DNA of 63,958 bases, the filler included, from Octopus bimaculoides (taxonomy: Eukaryota), in NCBI RefSeq assembly GCF_001194135.2. It is 11 parts of 10 records of this genome, joined end to end, with 100 filler letters (N's around TTAATTAATTAA, not from the genome) between each part and the next. Parts side by side here need not be neighbours in the genome. Positions count along the whole stretch, not along the records: positions 10,241 to 30,256 come from NC_068999.1; positions 30,357 to 34,874 come from NC_068989.1; 9 more parts are not named here. One strand, written 5' to 3'. The position numbers were made by a program, and so were the translations under genes. The notes below the pieces were generated by a model. The model did not search any database. It was not told the DNA's origin and saw nothing but the letters and a program-made list of their open reading frames with translations. This document shows positions 22,930 through 34,605 of the stretch, piece by piece. Each line of letters opens with the position of its first letter. The first letter of the stretch is position 1.

Positions 22930-25900
22930 TTCTATCGCCATTAGATACATCAGGGAGGAAGCGGGGGCATGGTGGTGTTGTTCAGAAAAAGCTTGGATGT
23001 ACAGATAAGTACAGTCTTTCAGGGCCCAGAAGGTAGGCTGCTCGTCCTAGATGTGACACACGCAAGTAAGCAGTCCTTCAGGTTGGTAGCAGTCTACACA
23101 CCGAAAGAGAATAGACAAACAGTTTTTTTTCGAGACCTGGAGAGCTTTCTAGTAATGTCTAAAACTCTAGTTTTGACAGGAGACTTCAACACTATTCTCG
23201 ATGTGCGAGTGGATAGTGTAGGCTCGATCAATAGAAAGGGAAGACCTGGCCTAAAAAGGCTACTAGCGAGCTATAACCTAGTAGATCGGTACAGACTGAA
23301 TGAACTGCTTGTTCCACAATGAACGTGGTCTAATAAAGATGGTTCACTCAGATCTTATCTAGACAGGATAATTATAAAAAATAGAGATAGAAACACAGTT
23401 AGTTGTCCACGCTTTTGTTGTGCCTCCTACACGGATCACAAATTTGTGACGTGTGCGGTACACCTTGCTAAGTGCCATAGGCAGGGACCAGGCAACTGGA
23501 AGATGAACAAGTCAATTTTGACTTGTAAAGTCTTCTGTACCCAGGTTAAGGAGTTAGTTCAGTGGTCATTATGCGGAGCCATCGTAAATAATAGATGGTG
23601 GTGCACCCTCAAGCGAGCCATTCATTCTAACTCCCTTAGATTTAGTATAGAGCTAAGTTTAGAGAAAACTAGAAGGGCAATTAATTAAGGAATTAGAGGA
23701 GGTCATGGCATCTAGCTCTGCATCCAGAGTATTGGCGGCGAGAATGGTATTACACCGTCACTTCAAAGCCAAACACGAAGGGTGTAGAGTCAGGGCTAAG
23801 CTATGTGCGGTGGGCAGAGAAGGTATTAACGCTGCTAGATGGGCCTGTCATGTGGAGAGTCGGAGAGGCAGAGAAGCCTCTGTACAGTCTTTAATTGACG
23901 AACAGGGGCGTATGATCAAAGGACAGGGGGAGATACAGAAGGCCTTTCACCAGCATTTTGCCCAGTTATTTGGGATGAGCAAGGAGTTGGACTGTGGAGA
24001 GCCCTTAAGGGATTTCTTGGCCGATGGGCTGTGACTCAGTGCGGGAGGCGGAATGTTGTGAAGGGCCGATTACAACTGCGGAGGTTGCAGAGGTCAAAGA
24101 GGTGCAGGCTGAATGCGCCTGGGACAAGTCACCAGGGCTGGATAGTCTGCCCTACAAGTTTTACAGTTCGGACACTTGCTGGCTTGCATCTACACGAACT
24201 GGCAACAGAATGGGAGAATTCCCAGTTCTGGGAGTGGTGACACTGGTCAGAAAAGACCCGAGCAAGGGGGATCATATTAGCAACTTCAGGCCCATAACTC
24301 TACTGAACGTAGAGTTAAAGATTTTGGACAAGGTATTAGCAAAAAGATTGACGCGTGTCGCAGAGAAACTTGTAAGGAAGGTGCAAACATGTGCCATCCC
24401 TGGCAGGTCAATCCAGGACAATCTTCATCTCTTACGCTACACCTTAGACAGGGTGGGTAAAGTATCCGGTAAAGGTGGGGTTCTGGTCCATTTAGACCAA
24501 AGTAAAGCTTACGATAGGGTTGACCATCAGTACCTAGTGGCAGTCCTTGAGGCGGCTGGGCTAGGTCCAGATTTCCGCGGTTGGATCAAGGTAATTTATG
24601 GTAGCATCAAATCCACAGTTCAAATAAACGGTTACCTGTCGGAGCCGTTTGAGTTCAAACGCTCGTTTTGTCAAGGGTTCCCCCTGTCTTTGCTTCTGTA
24701 TGTATTGACTCTTGAGCCATTGCTGCGGAAGTTGGGGAGTTTGGGGGGCATCCCCAATGAAATCGGATGTGGTAAGAGTGTCTCTGCATACGCCATCATC
24801 GTGTCCAAGATGACTCAGCTACCTCGCGTAGCGGAGGCAATCAGAAGATACAAGGCGGTGACAGGGGCAAAAGTTAACATGGACAGGTCTGTCGGTTTGT
24901 GGCTTGGCACCTGGAGCANNNNNNNNNNGACAGGTTTGTCGGTTTGTGGCTTGGCACCTGGAGCAGCAAGCCGATAACATCCAGTGTCATAGGGCAGACA
25001 AGGTAGAAGCGCTAACTCGGACTTGGTCCAGAAGGGCACTGTCCCTGAAAGGGAGGGCGGAGGTGGTGCAGGTGTTTATTGCGTCTGTTATCACCTACCA
25101 TCTGACTATTGTCCCTTGCTCCGATTCGTGGCTATGCAAGCTGGTACGGTTTCTCTTCCGCTTTTTGTGGAGGGGAAAACCGCTTGTGATGCGCTCCGTA
25201 TGATGCCAAGAACCGCTAAAGGGTGGGTTGGGGATGCCATGGTATTTATGTGCAAACATGCACTGAGACTAATGCATCTCTGGTTCTACTTGGATGGTGG
25301 TCAGGTGTGGAATTCGCTAACAGGGGAATTATTTCCATGACTAGCCTCCTTGGAGGAATTTACACCCGGTTTGATAAAAAGACAGAAAACGACTGAATGG
25401 CAAAAGGAATGTTGGCAGGCACTTGCACTAATCTACAAGGCGGGCAAGGCCGGAAGTGGGAATACCACCTCTGCATTTTATAAAGTGTTGGTAGAGTACA
25501 AGAATGATGATGTCCTAGGAGAGACTCTGGGGCTCGATGAGAACCAGCTATCCAAATTGTTTCAGAACACCTTTAGGGCAGGGTATTTGGATAATTACCA
25601 AAGATCCCTGACCTGGCAATGTTTTAGGAATGCGCTACCTGTCCACGAGAAATTGTCCAGGCATGAATTATCAGTGCCACTGGAATGTCCAAGGTGCGGG
25701 CAGGATAAGGAAACTATCCTGCACACTCTTGTACAGTGCACACAGCTTTCTGAGTTGACAATTTACATTGAACACGCGCTGTCACACATGGGAAGAGTAC
25801 AGCTATCAGCTGAGTCCATGTTAAAGAGTGTACCACCCACTGGACTATCTAGGTGAGGCATGTTTTCTATGTACAGTCGCAGTAATGAAAGAGTGTGCAT

Positions 25901-26064
25901 GGAGAACAAGAATGCAAGGAATCAAGACAGGATCCTTCATCTCTGGCACTGGACTGCTGTTATACTTCAGGTACATGAAAAGCAAGATAGGGCTGGAGAG
26001 GAGGCACCTGTTGAGAAACGTATATGAGAAAGATGGAAGGATGTTGCAAGGAAGTTGGGAGTGA
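22930..26064 (+). pseudogene. Tx1 ORF2: AP endonuclease, reverse transcriptase, CCHC
   Basis: GPEGRLLVLD, LTGDFN, RSYLDR, YTDHK, KSPGLDSLP, NFRPITLLNVELKI, LDQSKAYDRVDH, QGFPLS, CPRCGQDKETILHTLVQC; several stops and frameshifts. Confidence 0.93.
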
Positions 26065-26296
26065 ATGTCCCAACTTAATCCCTCCCATGGTAAAAGCATG
26101 GTGTAGTCGCTGGGCAACCAGCCAAAAGTCGATTGACAAAGTTATCTTAAATTTTTAACTATAATTGTAAATAAGATTTTAAAGATTTTTATATAAACTC
26201 ACTGAACTTTTTCTTAAATGTTTGTAATGTCTTGTATCGTCCTTCTGTGTTGAGATAATTATTTATCATAATAAAAGAAAAAACAGGTGATTGTCA

Positions 26297-27917
26297 TGTT
26301 GTGGTATGATATCGCTCATAATCGGATTACTGTTGTTGATTTACTGAATTGTTAGACATTGTTGAATTTGTGATTTTTTGAATTATTGAAAATTTTGTTT
26401 GGCTTCCCCATTTATGGGTGAAGTAGCGAATAATAGAAGTACGCAGTCCCAGACAGGTAGCTACGCTGTGGTGACAGGCAAAAGCCTATCAGTCGAGCTT
26501 CTGTAAATATGAGAGCTGGAGGTAGAAAACAAAGATTTTAAGAAGTTTAACAACCTTTTGAAGAAGGAGAGTGATTGCTTGAGGCTAACACCACCAAAGG
26601 AAGTAACGGAAAGCACAGAGAAGAAAATAATAACATACCGAACGCTAAGCATAGCAACTAGAAAAATTGAAATTGCAAATGTCGAAGAAATAGAAGAATG
26701 TCTGAAAGACATAAAAGATGTAATAATGTTTTACAATAGAAGACGAAAATATGGCACAGTGGAGGTATGCTTCGTTAATGAAAATGAAGCGAAGAAATAC
26801 TCCACCTTAAATTCGACGAAATTGGCACTCTTACTAACTTACTGTGGCAAACGCACAGCCAGAGTAAGAATAGGAAGAGTGCCACCTGAAATTAATGAAG
26901 ACTAGCTGGTGGCAGCCAAACTATACAACTCTGAAGAGAAAAGAGAAATTTTAACGATGTTGAAGACAGCGGAGGTCAACTGGTGGGGTTATGGCCTAGA
27001 GGTCATGGTTCATATCACCCTACCGGACCTCCACAAAATTGCAGAAGAGGTGGTCTTACCTGACGAAACCAGACTGAGAATAATGGTGGAGAGTAGACCA
27101 CCTATATGTTTTGGATGCAGTATAAGGGGGCACATAAAGGCAAAGTGCCCCCAGAAGCAAGAACAAGTGGTGGAGGAGTGTCAGGAAGAAGAAGTAAACG
27201 AAGTAACAGAAAAGGAAGTAGTAGTCACTGAGGTTGAAAAGAAAGGAAACGGTGAATAACCACCAAAGAAGAAGAAAAAAGCGGCAAAGAAAGACAAAAT
27301 AGAAATAGAAGTTACGAAATATCAAATGCAAAAGCCAGAGCCTTCAACAAGCAAGAATGAGAAGAGGCGAAAAGAGCAGGAAGATGAGATAGTAACACCA
27401 GAAATAAGAACAGAAAATGAAGGGAGAGTGTCACCGAAAGGTAAAAATGAAAGAAGGATGGTCGTGTACAGAAAAAGTGTTAAAATAGAGAAACAAATAA
27501 CAAAAATGAAGGGAGTAATAAGAGTAAGATTGGAAGACGGAGAATAACAAGAAAGCAGTGTTGCTGGACAACGGAAGAGCGGCGAGACTGAGGGAAAGAT
27601 TCAGAGACGAGGTTGATAACACGCCGATTAAGGTTCGATATGATGAGTTGCTATCCGTGGTGGACTTTGCAGATTTGGATTATTTCTGGGAGGACATAAA
27701 CTTAGGAAATGTAAACTTAGCAGAGTTTTAAATGTTTCTGGGATATAATTCATGAGACAAATTGAACTGTTGAAACAGTAAAATGGTACTTTCCACTTTG
27801 GTGGGTGGGAAACCATTTCATCATATACTTTCACAACTCATAATACATCCGTAATCATTTTGTGTGTCTTTGTATTGTCCCCTCTATATATATATGGCCT
27901 GATGCCAATAATAAAGC
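26297..27917 (+). mobile_element. ORF1-only (HAL1-like) Tx1-type element, unit 4, gap-free
   Basis: ORF1 ~26430-27698 (SYAVVTG, CLRLTPPKE, CFGCSIRGHIKAKC), ~210-nt 3' UTR, AATAAA; flanked by the same 18-20-nt motif on both sides. Confidence 0.85.
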
Positions 27918-28311
27918 GAAAACAGGTGATTGTCACATGCTGATGATAGGTCACAGAAAGTGTGTCAATAGCCAGCTGGAGGAGATGTCTTCCTGGGGCT
28001 ACAAGCTACAGTAGCATCCACCCTTAAAGGTTAGCCACATTTAAGTGGCAAATATACTTCATGGTATATACACACTAATATACAGTAAATCTTACTGACG
28101 ATGGCTGAGTATTTATTGCAGGGTCCGGAATTGATCAATATGGGATCACCTGTTTACTACTTGTGAACTTTATTCACAAAAGGTGCGCTATTCTTCTATT
28201 TTGTCTCACTTCCTTGCTTTCAATTGTGTATATGAGTGATTTAAGTGGTTTAGAGTCGTTTTGACTGCTATTTCTAGCATGGTGGGAATTTTCCCTGTGC
28301 CCTTCACTATA

Positions 28312-29622
28312 CAGGGTGCGGCAGAAAGGTTGCCCCAATTTCAAAAAGCAAACACATGAAGATGAGTGAAAATCTTTACATTTCTATGAAGTTTGTTAAA
28401 TGCCATTTCTTTTTCTGTTTCAGGTAGTACCCACCATGGCTTGGAGTGGAGAGTATCATGCATTTGTTGTTGAAGAGTTTGTTAAGAATGGTGAATCTGT
28501 TGTAATGACGCAATGTTCCATCCAAAGACACTTTGCGCTTTGTCATCATGATCCTGTACCAGATGGAAAAACAATTCATTGGTAGGTTTCCAACTTTAGA
28601 TAAACATCATTGGCTTTAAACAAGAAAAGTCCTGACTGTCATAGGACCGCTACAGGGCCAGAAAATGTCATAGCTATGGCAACTTCAATACAGCAGTCTC
28701 CCAGACGTTTTGCACGAAAACACAAATCTGCCTTACACATGTCTGATCAAAATGTCCACAGAATCTTACACAAGTCTCTCCACATGCATCCCTACAAGAT
28801 AATGGCTGTACAAGAGTTAAGTGAGAGGGATTATGAAACCCGCACAACTTTGTGTCAAGACATCCTCCAGACCATCTTCCCAACAGCTGTTCGGATCTGC
28901 AGTGATGAAGTGCACTTCCATTTATCGGGGATGGTCGATAAACAAAACTTTCGATACTAGTCAGATAATAACCCTCGTGAACTCCATGAGCGACTACTCT
29001 ACAGTGTGAAGGTTACCATCTCGTGTGCCATGGGGGATTTCAGTGTGTGGGTTCTTATTTTTTCGAAGAGGAAGGTGTTACAGTGACTGTTACATCAGAC
29101 CATTATTGCGAACTGCTTGAAAGTCATCCAGTTACTTGCTGATCATGATCCAGATGATCTATGGTTCTAACAAGATGGTGCCACAGCACATACTTCTCGA
29201 CGTTCACTCAGTCTTCTGTGACATGTTTCTGGGTCATCTTGTTTCTCTGTGAGGTGATCTTGGGTGCCAACCCCCACTTTCCCCAGATTTAACCCCATGT
29301 GATTTTTATCTATAGGGGCACCTCAAATCATGAGTGTATCAACACCAGCCAGCAACTATAGAAGATTTAAGGGTAGCAATAACTCAGGAAATCAATGTGA
29401 TTCCACAGGATATGGTTCAAAGGGCTATGGTGAACTTTCAAGAGAGACTTCAAAACTGCATCAACATTGGTGGTTGCCACTTAGGTGATACAATTTTCAA
29501 AACCACTTAAATCACAATGGCTTTTAATGTACTTCATAGAAATACAAAGTTTTTTCTTGTATCTTCATGTGTTTGTTTTTTATTAATCTTTGAAATCAGG
29601 GCAACATTTCTGCCGCAACGTG
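28312..29622 (+). mobile_element. Tc1/mariner element of DD41D (rosa/Visitor)-like type, complete but decayed
   Basis: TA on both sides; ~34-bp imperfect TIRs; MAWSGEYHAFVVEEF N-terminus, HPYK, SDEVHF, QDGATAH, SPDLTPCDF; second-to-third D spacing ~41 across a frameshift. Confidence 0.88.
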
Positions 29623-30356
29623 TAGTGGTATATATTTATATTTTATCTATAAAAGGCAGATTTTTCTCTCTGTGTGTGTATGTCTAAAATTCATACATTT
29701 ACACAATTCCAAATTTCTTGGATTAAAGAATCGGAATTAATATTCTAAATACAATAAGTGAGGTCACAGCGTCATTTTTCAGTCAAAATAACTCCAAATG
29801 ACGAATAAAATCCATAAAACTACAAAAATTAACATTTTCCCCTCTAATAAAATATTATTTCCTCTTTCTAATACTTTTATAAATCCTTTCAACTCCTACT
29901 TTCTCTTACTTTACGAACAATCCAACAACAAATACAAAAAGAAAAGAAGGAGAAACACTGACAGTAAAAGAAAACTGAAACAATCACATTTCGATACTGT
30001 AATGACAGATACTAAAACTACATACAAAATCACGTTTACCCTCTAAAACAATCTACTTCACTATTTCTACTCCTCTTACAAATCGTTTCAATTGCTACTT
30101 TCTCTTATGAACGTTTACGAATGATCCAAGAAAAAAGACAAAGAAACGAAGGAAAAAGAGTGAAAGTCAAATAAACAGACACACTACCAATCATACGTAA
30201 ATACACATATATATGTACCTATGGTTACCAATGACCTCATTCTAATTGGCGGGAATNNNNNNNNNNNNNNNNNNNNNNNNNNNNNNNNNNNNNNNNNNNN
30301 TTAATTAATTAANNNNNNNNNNNNNNNNNNNNNNNNNNNNNNNNNNNNNNNNNNNN

Positions 30357-30390
<34 letters not shown>

Positions 30391-30822
30391 CCATTTTATA
30401 TAGAATATATATATATACACCTACACACACACTCACACATATATGCGTATATTGAAGGGAGTATGTATATGTATCCATATGTGTTAGTGTGTATGTGTGC
30501 GTACCTCTGGGTGTGAATACTACCAAATTTTACAGTAGGTAAAATAAGGATATAACACATTTTTGCAGTTCATTGCATTCTTATTTCAAAGAAAGTAAGG
30601 CCCTTTTTTTAATGCGAAAATTTTCTATTTTCATATACACCTTGTTATGCATAGCTTTGATATTCTTCAATACATATCTGTTGTGTATTTGTGTATGAAC
30701 AGATGTGTATTGAGTATTTATGAATATACGAAAAACATACATCCAAACATACATACATATATTTTGGTATGTATGTATATTTGTATCTCTGAGCATGTAT
30801 GTGATTAAAAGTATCGCCCTAT

Positions 30823-30863
<41 letters not shown>

Positions 30864-30893
30864 ATATAACATATATATATATATAATATAACA

Positions 30894-30928
<35 letters not shown>

Positions 30929-30930
30929 CA
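30357..30930. repeat. (AT)n/(AC)n microsatellite-rich region
   Basis: Direct reading. Confidence 0.85.
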
Positions 30931-30948
30931 TGTAATTATTTATGTATG

Positions 30949-32069
30949 CAGGGTGCGATATGTACTTGAAACTTAGTCCTCGCTATATTACAACCAATCA
31001 TTTATCATAGTTATCCCAATGCATATAAAATTCTAAAACAAGGAACGGAAAGACACGCAGATTTTGTTACCATGTGTCTAAAACACAGATATTTAAAAAT
31101 CGCCAACTTTCTATCTGTTGCAAGATCTTTTGTACATAAAATTCGGATGGAATTGAAAGTTTCTGGCGTGTGTGTTTCAAGTGTACCAGAAACACAAAAC
31201 ATTCTAGACGTTCGGACACTATAAGGACACTACAATTCATTCAACGGATTGAAAGCATTATCGATGATGATCTCACAGCATAAATGAGAGCCACCACCAA
31301 AGGGCTTCGTGTGTCTGAGTGCTCAGTCTGAACTGTGGTGCACAAAGACGTTCGATTCACATCTTATGTATTGAGGAGAAGCCAATTCATATTTGCAAAT
31401 ACACTGGAACACTGCTTGATCTGCCCCAAGTGGTTACTTAACAAAGTTAAAATCCCTTACGTCCATAGCATACTTTACTTTTGTTCTTCTCTGATAAGAA
31501 AAACTTCGCCCAAAACCAAAACTCTAACAGGAGAAATGACAGATGGCTATGTGCTGATCATTCTGGTGTCTCCAAAGCGATGCACACTAAGTATCTTGCA
31601 ACTGAGATGGTTTCAGAAGTGGTAATAACGAACAACATGTCATTCCACCTTATATCTTCCCACGAGTTTTAGTATTAATATTGAGGTTAGATTGATCCTA
31701 GGATGGCTGAAGTACAGAACGGAAAGTCATATGTGTTTCAACAAAACACATAACTTTCTCGCATAGTACGCTAAAGCTTAGGGTGGGCTACTACGTCTGG
31801 AGTGTTGTTGAAAATGGATCTTATCAACATCCTCACATTACCATAGCTTCAGTGTAATATGTCCGAAATGAACAAGAACAATTTAGTCCAGGCATGTCAA
31901 TGATTCCAGTCCCGCATTGAAGGGACCATCGAAGCTGAAGGCGATCTCATACAATAATCACATAGATTTTATCGAGAACATGCTTTTATAAAAATGCATT
32001 TGGCTTTTGTTACATGACCCTTGTCTTTTTTATAAATTAGCAAATAAGTCATCAAATTCCTCACAAACC
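30949..32069 (+). mobile_element. maT (DD37D)-like transposon, decayed and internally deleted
   Basis: CAGGGTGCGA start; KIANFLSVARSFVHK; FFSDKKNFAQNQNSNRRNDRWLC; YYVWSVVE; FQSRIEGTIEAEGDLI*. Confidence 0.8.
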
Positions 32070-32077
32070 TTCTATAT

Positions 32078-32790
32078 CAGTGGTTCTCAACCAGAGTCAC
32101 AATGACCCCTGGGAGTCTATATGAGTTTTTGGGAGTCCACGCAAGTAAAATATTAAACTGAGGATCCACGGTAGTATATTAAGTTTCCTTGAATATATAT
32201 ATATTTTTTTGTTTTGATGTATTTATTGTAAGAAACAGCTCGGTTTCTTTCTCTAATGTTTGACATAGCGCAGGAGTGGCTGTGTGGTAAATAGCTTGCT
32301 TACCAACCACATGGTTCCAGGTTCAGTCCCACTGCGTAGCACCTTGGGCAAGTGTCGTCTACTATAGCCTCGGGCCGATCAAAGCCTTGTGAGTGGATTT
32401 AGTAGACGGAAACTGAAAGAAGCTCATCGTATATATGTATATATATGTATGTATATGTGTGTGTGTTTGTGTGTGCGTGTTTGTCCCCCTAGCATTGCTT
32501 GACAACCGATGCTGGTGTGTTTATATCCCCGTCACTTAGCGGTTCGGCAAAAGAGAACGATAGAATAAGTATTAGGCTTACAAAGAATAAGTCCCGGGGG
32601 TCGATTTGCTCGACTAAAGGCGGTGTTCCAGCATGGCCGCAGTCAAATGACTGAAACACATAAAATAGTAAAAAAGAGTATAGTTCAACCTACGCAAGTT
32701 GATGTGTCAAGAAATAAGTAGGAATTTTGAAAGAGTATGTATAAAATTAATTTTTAAACTTCGCGTGGCGATGGGGGGTCCAGTAGAGTA
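32078..32790 (+). mobile_element. hAT-like MITE (CAGTGGTTCTCAACC), right TIR missing, carrying a SINE
   Basis: Typical hAT terminus; GGGGTCCA subterminal motif at ~32775. Confidence 0.55.
32268..32679 (+). mobile_element. SINE family 1, complete reference copy
   Basis: GCGCAGGAGTGGCTGTGTGG (A box), GGTTCAGTCCC (B box), internal (GT/AT)n, AAAAGAGT tail, ATA(G) mini-TSD. Confidence 0.95.
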
Positions 32791-33504
32791 AAATATATAT
32801 GCATGCATATATATGTGTGTTTGCGCGCGCGCGTGTATTTGTGTGTGTGATATATATTTGTGTATAGATATCTATCTATCTATCCCTCTGTGTGCGTGTT
32901 ATACTGTATATGTATGTCAGTGCACAAGCATGTTAGTATGTGTATATGTTTCACTGTCTTCCTCTATAATTATCTATGGACGCATACGATTTGTGCGTGT
33001 GTGTGTATGTGTGAGTGTTTGTGCGTGTAAGTTTGTATGTGTGTATTTGTGTTTATGTGTACATGTGTGTGTGTGTGTGTGCGTGGAAAGAAAAGCACCA
33101 TTTGTTTATAAGTGTAAACTATTTGATGATAACTATGGATGAAAGAAACCTTTCCAGTACGAACAAATATATGATTAATAAATAGAAATTAAGATATTGA
33201 ATGGAATGACACATAATTTTTTTCTGTTTTATTTTTCTATTTTCTGTGTCTTTTATTTCTTTACATTCTATTTGTTTGTGTACGCCCCACCCCCTACCAA
33301 AATCTCCATAAATATAGTGAGGTCAGATGAAAGGAGACGGAAAAAGACTATTAAGCTAAAACAGCCTATGAGATATGGAAGAGATAAGGGAAGTAACAAG
33401 AGATTTACAGGGAAATTTTAAACTTAAAGATTATAGGGAAGTCGAAATCTCTTAAGACTGAAGAGTGCAGCTTGAGACACAATTATGTATGCATGTATGT
33501 ATGC

Positions 33505-33563
33505 AAGTGTGAGTGTGTGTATACACACACACACATATATATACGTATAAATATGTATGTATG

Positions 33564-33623
<60 letters not shown>

Positions 33624-33761
33624 CAGAAGTAATGGCACATGAACGCACACACACACACATATACGTTATATATATCCATATAACTATAAATAATATATTA
33701 TATGTATGCCTATATGGATAGATACATAGATACATAGATACATACATACATGTATACATAC

Positions 33762-33798
<37 letters not shown>

Positions 33799-33800
33799 AG
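33505..33800. repeat. (AT)n/(ATAC)n microsatellites
   Basis: Direct reading. Confidence 0.9.
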
Positions 33801-34519
33801 CATATATAAGTGTGTGCGTGAGTGAATGCGCCTGTGCGAGGCTGTTCGTAGAGTTGAGCTTGTCTCACTACTACCTCGATTTGAGACCGTATAAGTGAAT
33901 GTGAAAGAATAATACCATTGCAGAAAAACCATTGTTAGCCATTTAAAAATTATCTCAGTTTTCATTTTAGTTTTCATATAAATTTTGCGTTGTCAAATTT
34001 TCGATCTGCTCAGGTCCAGATTTGTTGGGAAATGCTTTAGTGACCAAATCGCAATTGTGCGATTAGAATTTTGAATAACCAGGGAATAAATGGACACCGA
34101 ATTTACATGACTTTGTATGCTTACATCAGCACTAGATTAACCATTAAGCAAAACAAGCACGTGGTTGAGCATCGTGAGAAGTGGAGCACTACAGAAATGG
34201 TAAATGGTCTATGGAAGAAAAACAATCGCTTAACACGTGCTAAAATAATATTGGAAGTGATTTATATGATCGGAAATATAATTTCGAAATATTCATGGTG
34301 TTGTAATGAAGATGTAATGAAAGACTTTTACAATTAAAAGAAGTAGGAGAAAACTTTTCAAACATAAAGTGGAAGTATATACAAATACACGTTTTCCATC
34401 TTACTGTTACTTTCGTTTAGTTTCGATAAATAAAAATATATTTTTTGGTTTATCATTCTTTCCATTTTGATTTATGTATATATGGAGACACCAAAACCTC
34501 TAAAGTGCTGAGTGATATA

Positions 34520-34605
<86 letters not shown>

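Larger units (their letters stand above)
19884..26276 (+). mobile_element. Near full-length Tx1-clade LINE (ORF1 + ORF2), decayed, interrupted by an LTR
   Basis: ORF1 ~20155-21552 with CFKCREKGHVHSEC; ORF2 ~22930-26064. Continuity across the 21553-22217 gap is inferred. Confidence 0.8.

Noticed and set aside
24880-24966. ~38-bp direct repeat either side of 10 N in ORF2
   Set aside because: Same contig-overlap signature.
27939-27970. CTGATGA...GAAA just after junction 4
   Set aside because: No pairing for stems I or II.
32268-32345. Functional tRNA genes at SINE heads
   Set aside because: A and B boxes are present but no cloverleaf closes, and each runs into a SINE body.
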